The position numbers and the translations under genes are program-made. From contig NC_043009.1 of NCBI RefSeq assembly GCF_006345805.1, forward strand, positions 31,000,001 to 31,064,000: 64,000 nucleotides of DNA. The letters run 5' to 3'. The stretch is from Octopus sinensis (lineage: Eukaryota). The notes beneath the pieces are model-generated. The model saw nothing but the letters and a program-made list of their open reading frames with translations, was not told where the DNA came from and searched no databases. Positions 11,861 through 26,149 of this stretch are shown in pieces. Position 1 is the stretch's first letter; the number at the start of each line of letters is the position of its first letter.

Positions 11861-12262
11861 CAAATATATCTACTTACACTCATACATATGTATAAATATG
11901 TGTGTGTTTGTATGTATGTATACACACATATACACCCGTACATCCACATAATATGAATGAATGTATGATAGTATATGCTCTTTTGAGTGAGGGTTAATGA
12001 CTAAATATGACTAAAAAATGGGTGTACATTTCTGTAGATGTATACGATTGTATATCTGTGAATGCACACAGATGCGCTGAGATGTGATTTGTGTATAATT
12101 ATATTGTAAATCTGAAAGCTTAAGATGTATACATGCATGTGTCCAAGTGTATAGACACTTGCACATGTTTCTGTATACACACACATATATTTATACATGT
12201 TTATGTAAACACCAAAGTGTACATCTACATGTGTGTATCTATATGCTATATGTCATTTAAGT

Positions 12263-12561
12263 CAGTGCTACTCAAAGTGGTGGTCTGCAGAATCGGTGCC
12301 GGTCTGTGAACCATGAGCTGCTGGTACGCAGCGAGTTTCCAGAAAAGAAAGAAACATAAAATGCTTATAAAATGCTTGTGTGATATTGTATTATTTGTTT
12401 ACAAAATAAATATACGATAAAAAATTGTCAACTTTTATTATTATTATATCCATTATATATATTGTTTTCAGTATGAAATATTATTAAAAAATATTACCGG
12501 TCCCTGGTACATTGAAAAAAAAAATGCTATTACACCATATCAGATGGTTTGAGAAGCACAG
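12263..12561. mobile_element. hAT/Charlie-like MITE
   Basis: TIRs cagtgctactcaaa / tttgagaagcacag; 8-bp flanks atttaagt / gtttatgt match at 6 of 8. Confidence 0.65.
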
Positions 12562-13707
12562 GTTTATGTAGATTCCTATGTATTTATATATATTTACGTG
12601 CATTGTATGTATGTACATGTCCACTGGCCATACATGTATATATACAGCACATGTGTTAGCGATTTTAAATATGTATATTCTAGAGCACTATGTATCTATG
12701 TATGTATACGAAATGTAGGTACATGTTCGCTGTACACATGTATATATATATTTTTATAGACACACATTTGGGTATACAAGAATGCATACTTGTCACATGT
12801 GCTTCAGATTTATATATCCAAACAGGTGCTTCTGAAACAAGCAATGAGAAGACATGTATAACACTACCAATATTATTACTTCCCCAGGATCATAAGAGCT
12901 ACTTTTTGGTTGAAATAAAAATGCACATTCTGACAAATGATTCTAAACATTGACAACCTGGAACAAATAGTAAATCCATTTAGAGGTAAAATGTAAGTAT
13001 TTCTTCTGTTTTATTCTGTACACTAAATTTTCATTCCAAAAGGGGTTTTTTTTCTACTCAATATTTGCATGCTATTGTTTAGAGAATTTATGTACTTCGA
13101 AATCCAGTTCCTAGAAAGGAATAACTCTCTCTCCCTCTCTCTCACTCACACGCACACATACACCACACATACAAATAGATAAACAGATAAAATATAGAAA
13201 GCAAGAGACTGATAAGTGGATGGATGGATGGATGGAATATGAGTTGGATGGAAGAGAGGAGAGATGGATAAATGGACCGATAGATAGATAGATAGATAGA
13301 TAAATTTACAAGATTAACTGACTTTAAATACAATATGTCAAAGAAGAAAGGACAGTCATGGCTGAATTGCTGGTTAAATGATAAATTCTCAACACATGGC
13401 AATACATCTCCCACCATGTTCAAATGCTGTCACAGAAGGTCTGTGGTTATAAAGCTACATGGAGCTGGCTATAAAACTCCTACGACAGTAAGTGTCTTAC
13501 ATATTCTACAAAATATTTAAATACACACAAATGCCATTATTTGAAAATACTTCTGGAAAGTACAAAGAAAATAACAACACAAACCACAACAACAACAGTG
13601 ATATAGATAGAGAATAGTGTTTCAGAGAGAGTGAAATGATTTTCAAACATAGCAAGAATAATTGCAAGTATCTCACTTCTCTGAGAGACAGAAACAATAG
13701 AAATGAA

Positions 13708-13854
13708 CATTATTTACATTTGACGAATATTTATCCTCATTTTCTTTGCTGTTAACACAACATTTCGGCTGATATACCCTCCAGCCTTCATCAGGTGTCT
13801 TGGGGAAATTTCGAAACTAGGTTCTCATTCCTTAGATATTTTCCGATGTTGTTG

Positions 13855-13903
<49 letters not shown>

Positions 13904-14153
13904 TGTCACTGCCTGTGCTCTTAACCAATATGCCATATGCCCGTGGGCATATAATAATAACAACAACAACAACAACAAAAACAACGAAAAATACCTTAGG
14001 AACAAGAACCCAGGTTTGAAATTTCCCCGGGACACCTGATGAAGGCTGAAGGGTATATCAGCTGCAACCTTGTGTTAACAACAAACAAGATGAGGACAAA
14101 TATCCATCAAATGTAAATATTGAACATAATTCCTCATCTCTTAAAATATAGAA
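13708..14153. mobile_element. Second copy of the foldback tRNA-SINE/Penelope-tail element
   Basis: Same arms and unpaired tail as 264-748; the centre is deleted differently and retains gtgctcttaacca..atatgcccgtgggcatat. Confidence 0.75.
13754..13799 (-). ncRNA. Minimal type I hammerhead ribozyme, core intact
   Basis: gacac-CTGATGA-a-ggctg(10 nt)cagcc-GAAA-tg-TT-gtgtt. The partner arm at 14031-14076 (+) has GAAA changed to GCAA. Confidence 0.7.
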
Positions 14154-15901
14154 ATGATGTATTAGATCTAAAACGGATTCTGTTAGTCCAATATGTTGTT
14201 TTTTCCAATCTCTCAGCTGCAAGTTGCCAATAAACTACCAAGAATACAAAAATATATAACAGAGTGAACCATGGGTCACCAACACCACAAAACTATTAAA
14301 ATTGAAAGACCATATTGGTATATATGGGGCATAATATGGTGGTGAGTGGAGGTATGTGCCTTAATGGTTACGGTGTCAGACTCATGATTCTAAGATTGAG
14401 GTTTTGATTGTGGACCAGGTGATGCGTTATGTTCTTGAACAAAACACTTCAGTTTATGTTGCTCCAGTCCACTCGGCCTACAAAAATTAATAAACCTACA
14501 ATGGTCTGGCAGCCCATCCAGGTGGGGAATATGCATGCCATGGAAACTAGGAAACTGGTCCTATGAATCTATATGACTTGGAAAGGACCTTTACTTTATT
14601 TGACTATATGCTGGTGTAGCAAACTTCAACTCTGTTAGTCCTTGTTACTTTATGTTAAGCCCTTCCAAACACCCAGATATATATATATATACAACTATCA
14701 TGGGGCATTTTTCAGAATACCTTAAAAACATTCTCCCCTATTCACCCAAGACAAACAAAAACTACATACACGATGAAAGGGGTGCAGTGTCATTCACCTC
14801 CTTAACAACGAACACTGTCCTAACATACACACTATGAATAGTAAGTACCAAGGGATGGTGACCATCATGCTCTGATCGAGTTAATCTTTCTTTATTAATT
14901 GATAATTTATATATGATTTTCTATCTACTTTTACTTCTTTCAGTCAGGAGGTGAGGCCATGCTGGGATACTGCAATTTTTGAAAATGCTAATTTATTCCA
15001 TTCCAGTTCCCTTCCATGACCCTCTCTTTGGGTTTGGTTCTGGTGAATCAGTGAGTTGGGCAGAATTACCCTTATTTTCTTCTGGTATCTGATATAAGTA
15101 TTTCTCTAAAAGTTCCTTCAACACATCTACAGAAGAATTAAATGCACACATACACACACAGAGTTTAATTCTGTTTGTTTTGAGGGTGTCTTTTTTTTCC
15201 TTCATGCATTCTTTGTAGTTTTGTGGGGAAACAAGAAAAAATTAACTTTGCTGAAATAGGAAAATAAAATCATAGTTGATTTTTCAATACCACATGTCAA
15301 AAACAAAAGAAGCTATATTTCATAAAACACATACACACACACACACACACATACATACTAATGTGTGAATTCATATTCATATGCACATACACATATGCAT
15401 ATATACATATGTTTATGTAAATGCATGTATGTATGCGTATAGCTGTTTATATCTGTGTGTTGTGTATGTATAACTTTGCATGGCCATTCTTTTCTTAAAT
15501 ATTCAATTCTGCTAAAACTAAACAAGCCTTTATGGTCATAAGTTATTGCTATATTTTACCATATGGTTCCAAGTATGAGGCAGAGAGACAGGCAAAGTTG
15601 TGCACTTCTGATATCCTGCAGAAAATTTCTGTAAATTGCATCACAAAAGAAAATTCATTTCGGTGTTGATATTTAAACCATATGAAAATAAGAAAAATAA
15701 GAAAAAAAAAAGAAAGAAAGAAAGAAAAAATTATTACCCCGAAGCCAAACCTCTTGCTGGTCATGCTCCATGTAGATTCCTTTAAAAAGTTCTACAATTA
15801 GAATTTTTCAAGATTATTCCTTCTTTGGAGAAACCAACCCAACCACTTCGCATGTCAAATTTCTCTGCTGGTCTTTGTTTCCTTTTTGTTTTGTTTCCCA
15901 G

Positions 15902-15952
15902 CCATTTGAGAATAAGCAGAATCAAATACAACACCGATATCCAAAATGAAAG
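15902..15952 (+). CDS. Candidate coding exon, HLRISRIKYNTDIQNE(R)
   Basis: Strong acceptor ttttgttttgtttcccag and donor AAG/gtaaga; 51 nt with one fully open frame. Confidence 0.4.
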
Positions 15953-16048
15953 GTAAGACTGCATGAAGAGAATGGCCTGCAGAAATTTTCTAAAGAGAGA
16001 ATCAATAGAATTGTCACTGGAACAAGAATCTCTTCTATTTTCTTACAG

Positions 16049-16076
16049 GTTCTGTCAGACGCAGGATGACTTTTAA
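16049..16076 (+). CDS. Candidate terminal coding exon part, FCQTQDDF*
   Basis: Follows a 96-nt GT-AG intron with acceptor tattttcttacag; in frame with the preceding exon. Confidence 0.35.
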
Positions 16077-16599
16077 CCGTTTCTTTCGAAGTATTATCAT
16101 CATTAATCTCTGAGTGGTTATTCGCTAGCCTCATTCAACTGAAAGTGATTTCTTCAAGTGTTATTTCGAGCTAAGAGTCATAAATCTAAAAGTCATAAAC
16201 TTTTCCATGAGCTGGCTGCATCGTACGTCTGTAACAAAGGTTGTACACAAATAATATTATAATACATTACATGTATATTACATATAACAGCCAGCACAAT
16301 GTTCAGAAATGTATGAAACAGACACAACTTTTACTTGTTTCATATGGCACTAGTGTGTGTGTGTGTGTGTGTAGCTGTTAGAATGGGAAGAGCTTCTGAA
16401 TTGATTTTCATGTTTGACTCTCCTATATATGCATGTATATGTACCTCAGTATATGCACATAAACTTCCTTATAGTTCCAACACTCTAGGCAATATGAATA
16501 TATATATATGTATGTGTGTGTGTGTGCATGCCTGTATATATATATATGTGTGTGTGTTTGTATATATATATATGTGTGTGTTTGAGTGTGTGTGTGTGT

Positions 16600-16633
<34 letters not shown>

Positions 16634-16971
16634 AGTATACAAGAGCACTCCATCAGTTACGATGATGAAGGTCCCAGCTGATATGATCAGTGGAACAGCT
16701 TGCACATAAAATCAACATGCAAGTGGATGAGCGCTCCACAGACACATGTATCCTTAACACAGTTCCCAGGGAGATTCAGCATGACACAAAGTGTGTGTGA
16801 CAAGGCTGGCCCCTAGAAATACAGGTACTACTCATTTTTGCCAGATGAGTAGACTGGAGCAACCTGAAATAAAACGTCTTGCTCAAGGACGCAATGCGTT
16901 TTTCAGGAATTGAACTCACAACCTTATGATTGGGAGGGGCATGCCCTAACCACTATGCCACACACTTTCAC

Positions 16972-17002
<31 letters not shown>

Positions 17003-17057
17003 GGATGTATATATATATATATATATGGATGTGTGTATATATATATATAATATATGG

Positions 17058-17106
<49 letters not shown>

Positions 17107-17139
17107 CATATGTATGGATGTATATATATATACATATAT

Positions 17140-17377
17140 AAATTATAATTAAGGGTATCTAAGAGATACCACCATGCTAGAAAATAGCAGCCAAAACTTG
17201 ACAAAATAAACTAGCAAAAAATTACTGGGCAAATTGTCCAGTAATTTTTTGCTAGTTTATTTTGTCTCTTTGTCTTCTCTCCTGGTGCTGTATGAACATT
17301 TAATGTGGTTTTAGAGTCAAGTTTTGGCTGCTATTTCTAGCGTGGTGGTATCTCTTAGATACACTTAATTATAATTT
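17140..17377. repeat. Nested inverted-repeat element
   Basis: Outer arms of ~62 nt (17140-17203 / 17317-17377) and an inner hairpin at ~17201-17266. Confidence 0.8.
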
Positions 17378-17877
17378 TAATAATAATTATTACCTTTGAA
17401 GTTTTTATTCCGATGCTGGCCACCTGATAAGATCGGTATTTTAAATAACTTTCTTATCCTTATTTATATATATTTATGTATATATATTCATATATGTTCG
17501 TATGTATGTATGTATGTATGTATGTATCTATGTATGTATGTATGTATGTATGTATGTATGTATGTATGTATGTATCTATCCGCATGCATTTGCCAATATG
17601 TGTGTGTGTGAAGTTACATTTCTTATATACTTAATGTTGTTAGAATTATTTACAGAATTATTCTTATGAAAGTTATTATTTCATTTAGAGACTTTTTTAT
17701 TTATTTAGTTATTTTTATTTGTTGCCTCATACTTAGCTGCAGGATATTTAAGTAATGTAGCTGCAGTCTTTCTGCTGAGGCATTTTAAATAGCCTTAGAC
17801 ACACTTTTAGGCATACACACACTAACATTGTGAATGAATATATGCTTGTATAGATTTTGATAGATATGTATATATAC

Positions 17878-18040
17878 AGGCGCAGTAGCGGCTGTATGGT
17901 TAGTAGCTTGCTTACCAATCACATGGTATCAGGTTCAGTTCAACTGTGTGGGACTTTGGGCAATGTCTTCTACTATAGCCTCGGGCCAACCAAAGCCTTG
18001 TGGGTAGATTTGGTAGTCGAAAAGGGAAAGAAGCCCATCG

Positions 18041-18108
<68 letters not shown>

Positions 18109-18360
18109 ATATGTATATGTATATATATGTACACATATATATGTATGTGTTTGTATATGTTTGTGTTTGTGTTTGTCCCCCACCATCGCTTGATGACCGA
18201 TGTTGCTGTGTTTACATCCCCATAACTTAGTGGTTCGGCAAAAGCGACTGATAGAATAAGTACTAGACTTACAAAGAATAAGCCCTGGGGTCAATTTGCT
18301 CAATTAATGGCAGTGCTCCAGCATGGTCACAATCATATGACTGTAACAAATAAAAGAATA
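17878..18360 (+). mobile_element. SINE family B, full length
   Basis: Head, (TA)n and tail match the other copies. Confidence 0.8.
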
Positions 18361-19410
18361 TGTATCTATTTATTTATATATACAGATGTATACACACATG
18401 CTAACATATATAGGTGCAGTGTGGCTGTGTGGTGAGAAGTTTTTGTTAAAGCTAAATGGTTCTAGGTTAAGTCCCTTGGCATGGCATCATGGACAAGTAT
18501 CTTCTACCGTAGCCCCAGGCACATTAAAGCCTTGAGATGGAAACTGAAAGAAGGCCATCACTTATATAATACCTAGCAGTTCAGCAAAAAGTGACTGATA
18601 GAATAACTAACCATTCTTAAACCAAAAACAATAAAAGAACTGGGATTGATTTGTTCAACTAAACCCTTCAAGGCAGTGCCCCAGGGAGAGGGAGTTCTCC
18701 ACTGGTTTTGATGGTTAGCATTCTGTTGATGATCAATCAACCGAATTATTTGCTCCTGGACTACGACACGAGTGTTTGAATATCCCACAGACACAGGTAC
18801 CACTAAGATAAGTCTCAGGTTGAATCAGCATGGTGCAGTATGTGATAATGCCAAAACATTTGAAATGCAGTTAGAATCCATCAAGTGGACTTTGGTACCA
18901 GTCCTGTATGCCAAATTCTATTTACAGTCTATGGGTTGACTTGGTGCTATAACAAATGGAATTTGCACAAGAAGTTATGCCATGCAATTGCACCTGAGTC
19001 CTCATAGTAGCAAAGCAAACTTATTAATGATTCACCTGCAGTAGGCCAGTAAGCCTATAAATATATGTATGCGTGTGTGTGTATGCATGTGTATGCATGC
19101 ATGTACGTGTATGTGTGTGTATGTATGTATGTATGTGTGTGTGTATGTATGTATGCATGTCATTATTCAGTTTTATCTCAAGATTTTTTGCCAATAAAGA
19201 GCCATTTTGTAATCTATATCCAAGGTTCCTTCATTGGAATTTCAACAACATCAACAGGGTATTTTTATATGCATGTATGTATGTATGTATGTATGTATGT
19301 ATGTATGTATGTATGTATGTATGTATGTATGTATACATGTAGATCTATATGCTTTGTTTTATGTGTCTTCTCATATATATAGTTGCATATCTAGACATGC
19401 TGATATATAG

Positions 19411-19620
19411 TTAAATAATAAACTTCAGGAAAGTTTTACAAATTTTTACAGTTCCAGTGATGGATTGGATCTGTAGTTTTCGAATCAGCTTTCTCCTTTC
19501 TGGTTTTGAGAAGCCAAATTTCTCAAGATTGGTATTTAGGCAGTTTGTTACATAACCCAGTGCCCCAATAATTACAGCTATAAACCTGAACTTGTAATCT
19601 GGATAGAGTAACTGCAAGTA
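19411..19620 (-). mobile_element. REL-endonuclease LINE (R4/Dong-like) ORF C-terminal remnant
   Basis: YPDYKFRFIAVIIGALGYVTNCLNTNLEKFGF...LQIQSITGTVKICKTFLKF* resembles the viGalG...Q...llgt..I motif. Confidence 0.6.
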
Positions 19621-20020
19621 TATATGTACATGTGCATGTATGTATGTTCTGTTTCTCATTTTAATTCAAAGTAAACTTTTAACTGGCCACTGACTTGGTA
19701 ACCACATTGTGAAGGAAGGTAGCTTGATTTACCCGTCATCCCTTAAATCTTAGATTTTTATAGTCTCAGATATTGTGTTCATTTATAACATATGGATTAA
19801 AGGATTTGCATTCCCTCCCCAAGATTCCAAGTGCAACTATAACTTGCTCCAGACACAATGGTATATATCCTGTTGCTCCAATAACGTATGTATGTTTGTA
19901 TCTGTATATGATTGTACATATGTATGTATATATATATATACATGCGTGTGTGTGTATATATATATATATATAAATAACAAATGAAAAATAGAAGATGGAA
20001 TATACGAGAATATATTATTA

Positions 20021-20124
20021 ATCACAACAATTGTTTCAACACATCTAGCACCGATTCCTCTTGTAGGACCCTCAACAACTAGCGCAAGAGTTTCCGGTGG
20101 TGCTGATGTATGTCATCAGGTGAT
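20021..20124 (-). ncRNA. Type I hammerhead ribozyme with an extended helix II
   Basis: atcac-CTGATGA-catacatc agcacc..ctcttg..caagag..ggtgct a gatgtgtt-GAAA-caattg-TT-gtgat. Confidence 0.75.
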
Positions 20125-21122
20125 AAATAAATTTTTTAAAATTATGAAAATTACTGTTCCACAATGCAACTTTCTGTTTTGTAGAGAGAAAAACAGCCAG
20201 ATGCAGGAAAAATCTTCATATGTATATATAGAAGATCCAAAAATATAATTGCGGAAGACAAAACGAGAAACAAACACACACACACACAGAAACACATACT
20301 CATGCATATGGAAGCATGGATGCAGGTAGTGTGCATGTGTAAGAGTATGGTGTAGCATCTGCTGTATTAATGAATGTACATGTGATGAGCTAAGATTCTA
20401 AATCGAAATCACAATTATTAAATATTAAAATTTCATTTGCTATGAGTTATGTGTCACACGCTGATGAGTTGAGTTATCTCTCTGCAAGGCTGGCTGCATG
20501 AAACATTTACATTCGTCAGACTAATAACTTGATAGAAATATATCTAACAAACACATATACATAATAGGCACACACACATATACTCACACACATACACACG
20601 TATATATAATATATGTATATATTTACATGTATGTATGTGTGTTTATATATATATACACATATATATATACGTGTATGTATATAAGCATACAAATACATAT
20701 ACATGTATACATATATAGATCAATACATATGCATATTTATACTCACATCAATAAATGTATATTGTGCGTGTATGCATGTGTAGAAATACATACATATATA
20801 TATATACATATATGTATACATATACAAACACACATGCACATATATATGCATACACCAGTATATATATGTGTATGTGTTTATATATATGAATATGCATATA
20901 GCATATATTAATATGCATGTATGCGTGTGGATATATATGTATATATATATATATATATCTATATCTATATATATATATACATACATAATATATATATATG
21001 TATATGTATGTATGTATGTATATATATACATACATACACAATATATATACATATTTATATATATATATATATAATACATACATACATATATATACCCACA
21101 CATACATACATATATTCACACA

Positions 21123-21216
<94 letters not shown>

Positions 21217-23188
21217 CATACATATATGCATACCACCATATATATATGTATGTAAACATATATGCACACACATATATATAGAGATAGGTATACATATACA
21301 CACATTCATGCACTGAATTTGTTAAAGCTTGCTTATATATTAATCCATACTCCTTTAGAACTCTGATCCCTTAACTCCATAAATATTATTATGTAATAAA
21401 TCTATTGTTGTTGTTATAGTTGTTTAGCCTTCAGGTCAGCTTTGATTGATCAACAGTTAGAACAATGTTCTTCACATTAATTACTTAGCCAATGCATCAA
21501 GTGCAAGGATTTTGAATCTGAACTCTTCCTAGCTCACCGTTATATATCCAGATATTAAATGAAATCATTTACAAAGATATCATGTAGAGAAATTGTTCTT
21601 TAGAACTACAATACTCAATTAAATGAATATCCAAGTAACAGAAATATTAATTACAGATATCCTCATTAAGAGAATTCACACCATGATAAAATCAGGATTT
21701 TCAAGGTTTAATTCCAATGTCCCGAGGAAGAGTATTTAGGGCTGTATTTAACAAGCCAGAGTTACATAATTATAGTCATATGAAATGGTGAAAATTTAAG
21801 TCATCGCTTTCCTAAAATTCTTCAGATGAAAGTCTGAATTTTTATGTTTTTTTTTAGGTTTTGTTTTATTATTTTCCCTATTCCATTACGAAATAGTGGG
21901 TCTTGAAATCTGCTCCCGCCACAGTGGCATCACTAATGTTTGTTAATTTTCCTCCCGGTCACCATTTAAGCAACATCGTTTAATCACAGTTATACACTTC
22001 TGTTTGAAGGTAAAGGAGACGCTTCATCTGACAGGCAATAATCTCGTTAACCTTTCAACTTTCCATTTCTGTTATGATTATTTAATTCTTGCTGAAATTC
22101 CTCTGGTTCATTAATTGTTTAATTTCGATATTATTTTTCTGTTAGTTTGGATATTATAATTGATTGCAATAATTGTGGCTGGTTCCTTATAGAAGAATAA
22201 TATAAGATCGTTTAACTACTTTAAATATAATATTGCTTCGTCAACACAATAAAAGAATTATCTCCCTTTACCCTAATTATAGTGTCACATTCAATTTGAT
22301 TAATAATTATACAAAAATAGTGATGAAAATAAAACATGGAGGCCAAAATGAGATTGAAGTGTAATTATTAATTTAGTGGTGAGTGAACTGAAAGAAATTA
22401 GAAGCACCTTAGATGCTGCAAGACATATCTCTTCTTTGGATGGATGGGAAAATGTTAAAAATGAAATACAGGGATGACTGAAAAATGTATTTTAGCCTGT
22501 GTTAGGTTTTGTTGAAAAATGCTGAAGGTTGAATGACCGGTAGTGGAGGGGGAAGGATGATGTTTCATAAGTATTAAAGTAAAACTGGAAATATCTGTTT
22601 TTGCAGTGTGCATGATTTGTTTGTATCTGTGTGCATATGTATTTCTGTGTGCCATTAACAGTTATGTGTGTATAGTTAGTTCTCTCATTGTTATGTATGT
22701 ATAGTGTGTATAGTGCTTACATTATGTGTATATAGGGCATACATTATAGATCTAACGTGTATGAATTTATGTAGATAAATGTATTGTTCTGAAGTGTTTA
22801 GATAACAGCGTTATAAAAGATGAGATGCTAGAGTTATGAGGAATCTGTGTATGAGTGTATATCATTGGTCTGTATGTGTGTGTGTATATCATTACTGTGT
22901 GTGTGTGTGTATCATTGCTGTGTGTGTGTGTGTGTAAGGCAGATTGAGAGAAACTCATTTGAAGTTGACATTTGTTGGAGACATTATGATGGATGGCTTC
23001 ATGACTTCAAAGACTTCGAAAATGAAAATAAATCCCTTATTTGAAAAAAGGTAAAGTTTGGTGGCAGGAGGGCTTCCTGCTATAACATTCTACTTCAAAA
23101 CTATCCTCCTCTCTAACCTATGCCAGCACTGAAAGTCAGGCCTTAAATGAATGTACAACCGCACACATGCACATTATATATATATGTA

Positions 23189-23239
<51 letters not shown>

Positions 23240-23251
23240 ATATATATATAT

Positions 23252-23296
<45 letters not shown>

Positions 23297-23299
23297 CAG

Positions 23300-23680
23300 A
23301 TACAAAATTAAGAGGAATGACCACTAAAGTGGACACCTAATATGCTAAACATAGACATGAAATCTTGCAGATATCTGCATGTGCAAACATGCAGATATTA
23401 ACAAGTGAAACCATGGTACATAGGTAATCGTTTTTTTATTTCATATATTTTCATTTGTCTTGCTCATTTTTACATTTTGGCGTTTTGCTGAGATTTTTCT
23501 TGAGAACACACTCTTCATAGTAATGGTGATTTGACATCTACGTTTAGCATATTAGGTGTCCACTTTAGTGGTCATTCCTCTTAATTTTGTATGTAGCACA
23601 ATTTTGAATCTTCAGATTTTTTAAATATGCTAAGCCAATGGTTTTAATTGATTAATATCAATTTCTACCCTTATTATTTC
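23300..23680. mobile_element. Penelope-like inverted element related to 38151-39031, with the 3' half of an HHR
   Basis: Inverted arms 23300-23365 / ~23530-23592, followed by an unpaired tail similar to that of the 38-kb element. GAAA-ccatgg-TA-catag lies at 23407-23423; CUGAUGA is absent. Confidence 0.65.
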
Positions 23681-23758
23681 ATTTTAGATAGATAGATAGA
23701 TAGAAAGAGAGAGAGAGAGAGAGAGATTGGTATACATATAGAGATAGATAGATTGATT

Positions 23759-23821
<63 letters not shown>

Positions 23822-25256
23822 AAGAGAGGGGATTCTTTAAAATTACAGCTGATAGCTTGATTTGTGACTCAAGTTTCTTGACACAGGCAAGACCTTTACT
23901 AATCAGTACTGGTGTTGTATATGGGTGTGTGCGTGTGTGGCCTGTTGCTTGTCTTAGTGTTTGTGTATGTGTATGCTTATAGACATACAAATACACACAC
24001 ACATACGTAGGAGTATGTTTGTATGAACTCATATATATGTCTACGTAGATGAATGAATCAATATATTATACCTAGAGTGATATTTGTTAAAAAAAAAAAT
24101 TATTACATCCCATGTGATATTCAATAACACATATAGAAATTAAGCATAAACATACATCAACATACAGATACACAGACACACACATAAACACATAGACAAT
24201 TACACACAGATTTTTACTGAAAGAAATATACACAAACCTAAAACAATACCAAGTGAAAGTCATACATTCCAATATAAGTATATTTCTTCTCCAACATCAA
24301 CACTAAATAAAATACACAAATATAAAGTCATTTATTGGCCAAAAGAATAATATGGGTGTTTTATGGTAAACCGTTATTGATAATAAGAATAACAGAAGAA
24401 ATCAATGGCCCTAAAGTAGAATTTGTTTGTTTAATCACTGAATAGCAAAGGAAAGATTTTTATTTTTTTATATTTTCTGTATTGTTTTTTTATTATTATT
24501 TTTATTCTTGATATAAGCTCATCCGGACATTATAATTGTTTAGAGAAAAAAAAAACATTTTTTTATTGCTCAATACTTTTTATTATATGATTGTAATTCC
24601 TTGAGAGCCTCTCTCTCTCTCTCTCTCTCTCTTCTTCTTCTTCCTCACTCTCTCTATCTATCTCTTCCACGCTTTTCCTCTCTCCCTCTATCCACATTTT
24701 CAGATGGGTGTGTGGGTGTGGTTTATAGAATTATAGGTAATTGTTTGTTTTGGTTTATTGTTGCTTTGTTGTTACTACTACTACTGCTGCTACTACCACT
24801 ACAACTACTACTACTATAATTGTTGTAGTTCCTATCATCATCATCACCATCATTATTGTTTGCTGTTACTTTCATACTGTTCTATTCTGTATTGCTGCAA
24901 AAGGACCCACCTGTGGCTATGCAACCCCATCCCCCACACTCACCCACCCACACCCCTCTAACATATACTGTGTCATTTCTATGGCAGCATTGCCTTTTAG
25001 AATTGGTCTTATTAACTGCCTAATGGTTCTCCGTTCCAAAGTACAACTTACCTGGATTATTATCTAACAGTTCTTGCCATAGATTCACACTCCATATTCT
25101 TATGAAGCTTTTTTACATATTTTTTTTTATTGTGGGGGTGAGGGGTGGAAGACAATATTTTTTGTTTTAGAAATATATAGTGATTTTTATCAGAAACAAA
25201 CATCATCATCATCATCACCATCATCATTGTCATTGTTGTTATCATCATCATCGTCG

Positions 25257-25289
<33 letters not shown>

Positions 25290-26149
25290 CCACTGTTACC
25301 ATTGATAGTGTTATTGCAGCGTTATTGACATCATCATCTTCCTCATCATCAGCATCATCATCGTCATCAGCATCATCATATCATCATCATTGTCATCACC
25401 ATCATCATCAACAGCATTATCATCACTATCATATCACTAGCATCGTATCATCCCCATCATCATCATCATCATCATGTTTCACTGAGGCAAGCCCTTCTTG
25501 TCACCAATCATTTTAGTCACCACTCACAACATGCAGTAATACAGTGTACTAATCATAATATCTGTGTATGCAGAGTGTATCTATTCTAAACTTTAAAACA
25601 ATAGTGGTTGGTGGTGGGCATGGGTGCCACCATCAGTCAAAGCCAACCATTCCTCTGCACATGTATGGACAAACCTAAGCAAGGTTTTTTGAGGACGATT
25701 GGCATCTGCCCATGTATGAAAGATTCCTCTCTCCACAAAACTGATTTTTATCTAAAGGAAAGATCACTGACTTGGGCCAACCAAACTGGCATCACTGTTA
25801 TTGCAGGTGATATTATCAATCAAAATTGTAGAATAGATACTGCAAGTTATCTTCCCCATTCTATAACCATTCCTTCAATTTGACACTCTAGAATAGCACT
25901 GTTTTATGACTTCAATCTGAGGACAAAGTTAACCTTTACAGGATTTGAACTCAGGATGCAGTGAGTCACAACATATACCATGAGACACAACACTCTGACA
26001 ACATGGTCAATTTCCTCCCTGTTAAATCTATTTGTGTAGCTCTTCATATAAATATTTTTGTCTCAGGTTGGAAAATACGTTTCATTGAAACTTTGTTGAA
26101 ATTAAATAAAGATCATGGTACTATTATTGCTCTGTAAATATCAACAATA

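Noticed and set aside
15561-16139. Alternative minus-strand exons (15561-15629 and 16048-16139)
   Set aside because: Joining them creates an immediate stop, and the gtaag donor at 16047 is just the reverse of the plus-strand acceptor. 15561-15629 alone (frame NFLQDIRSAQLCLSLCLILGTI) remains unsupported.
20455-20520. CTGATGA...GAAA spacing resembling a hammerhead
   Set aside because: Helix II and helix III do not pair and helix I is only 3 bp; treated as chance.
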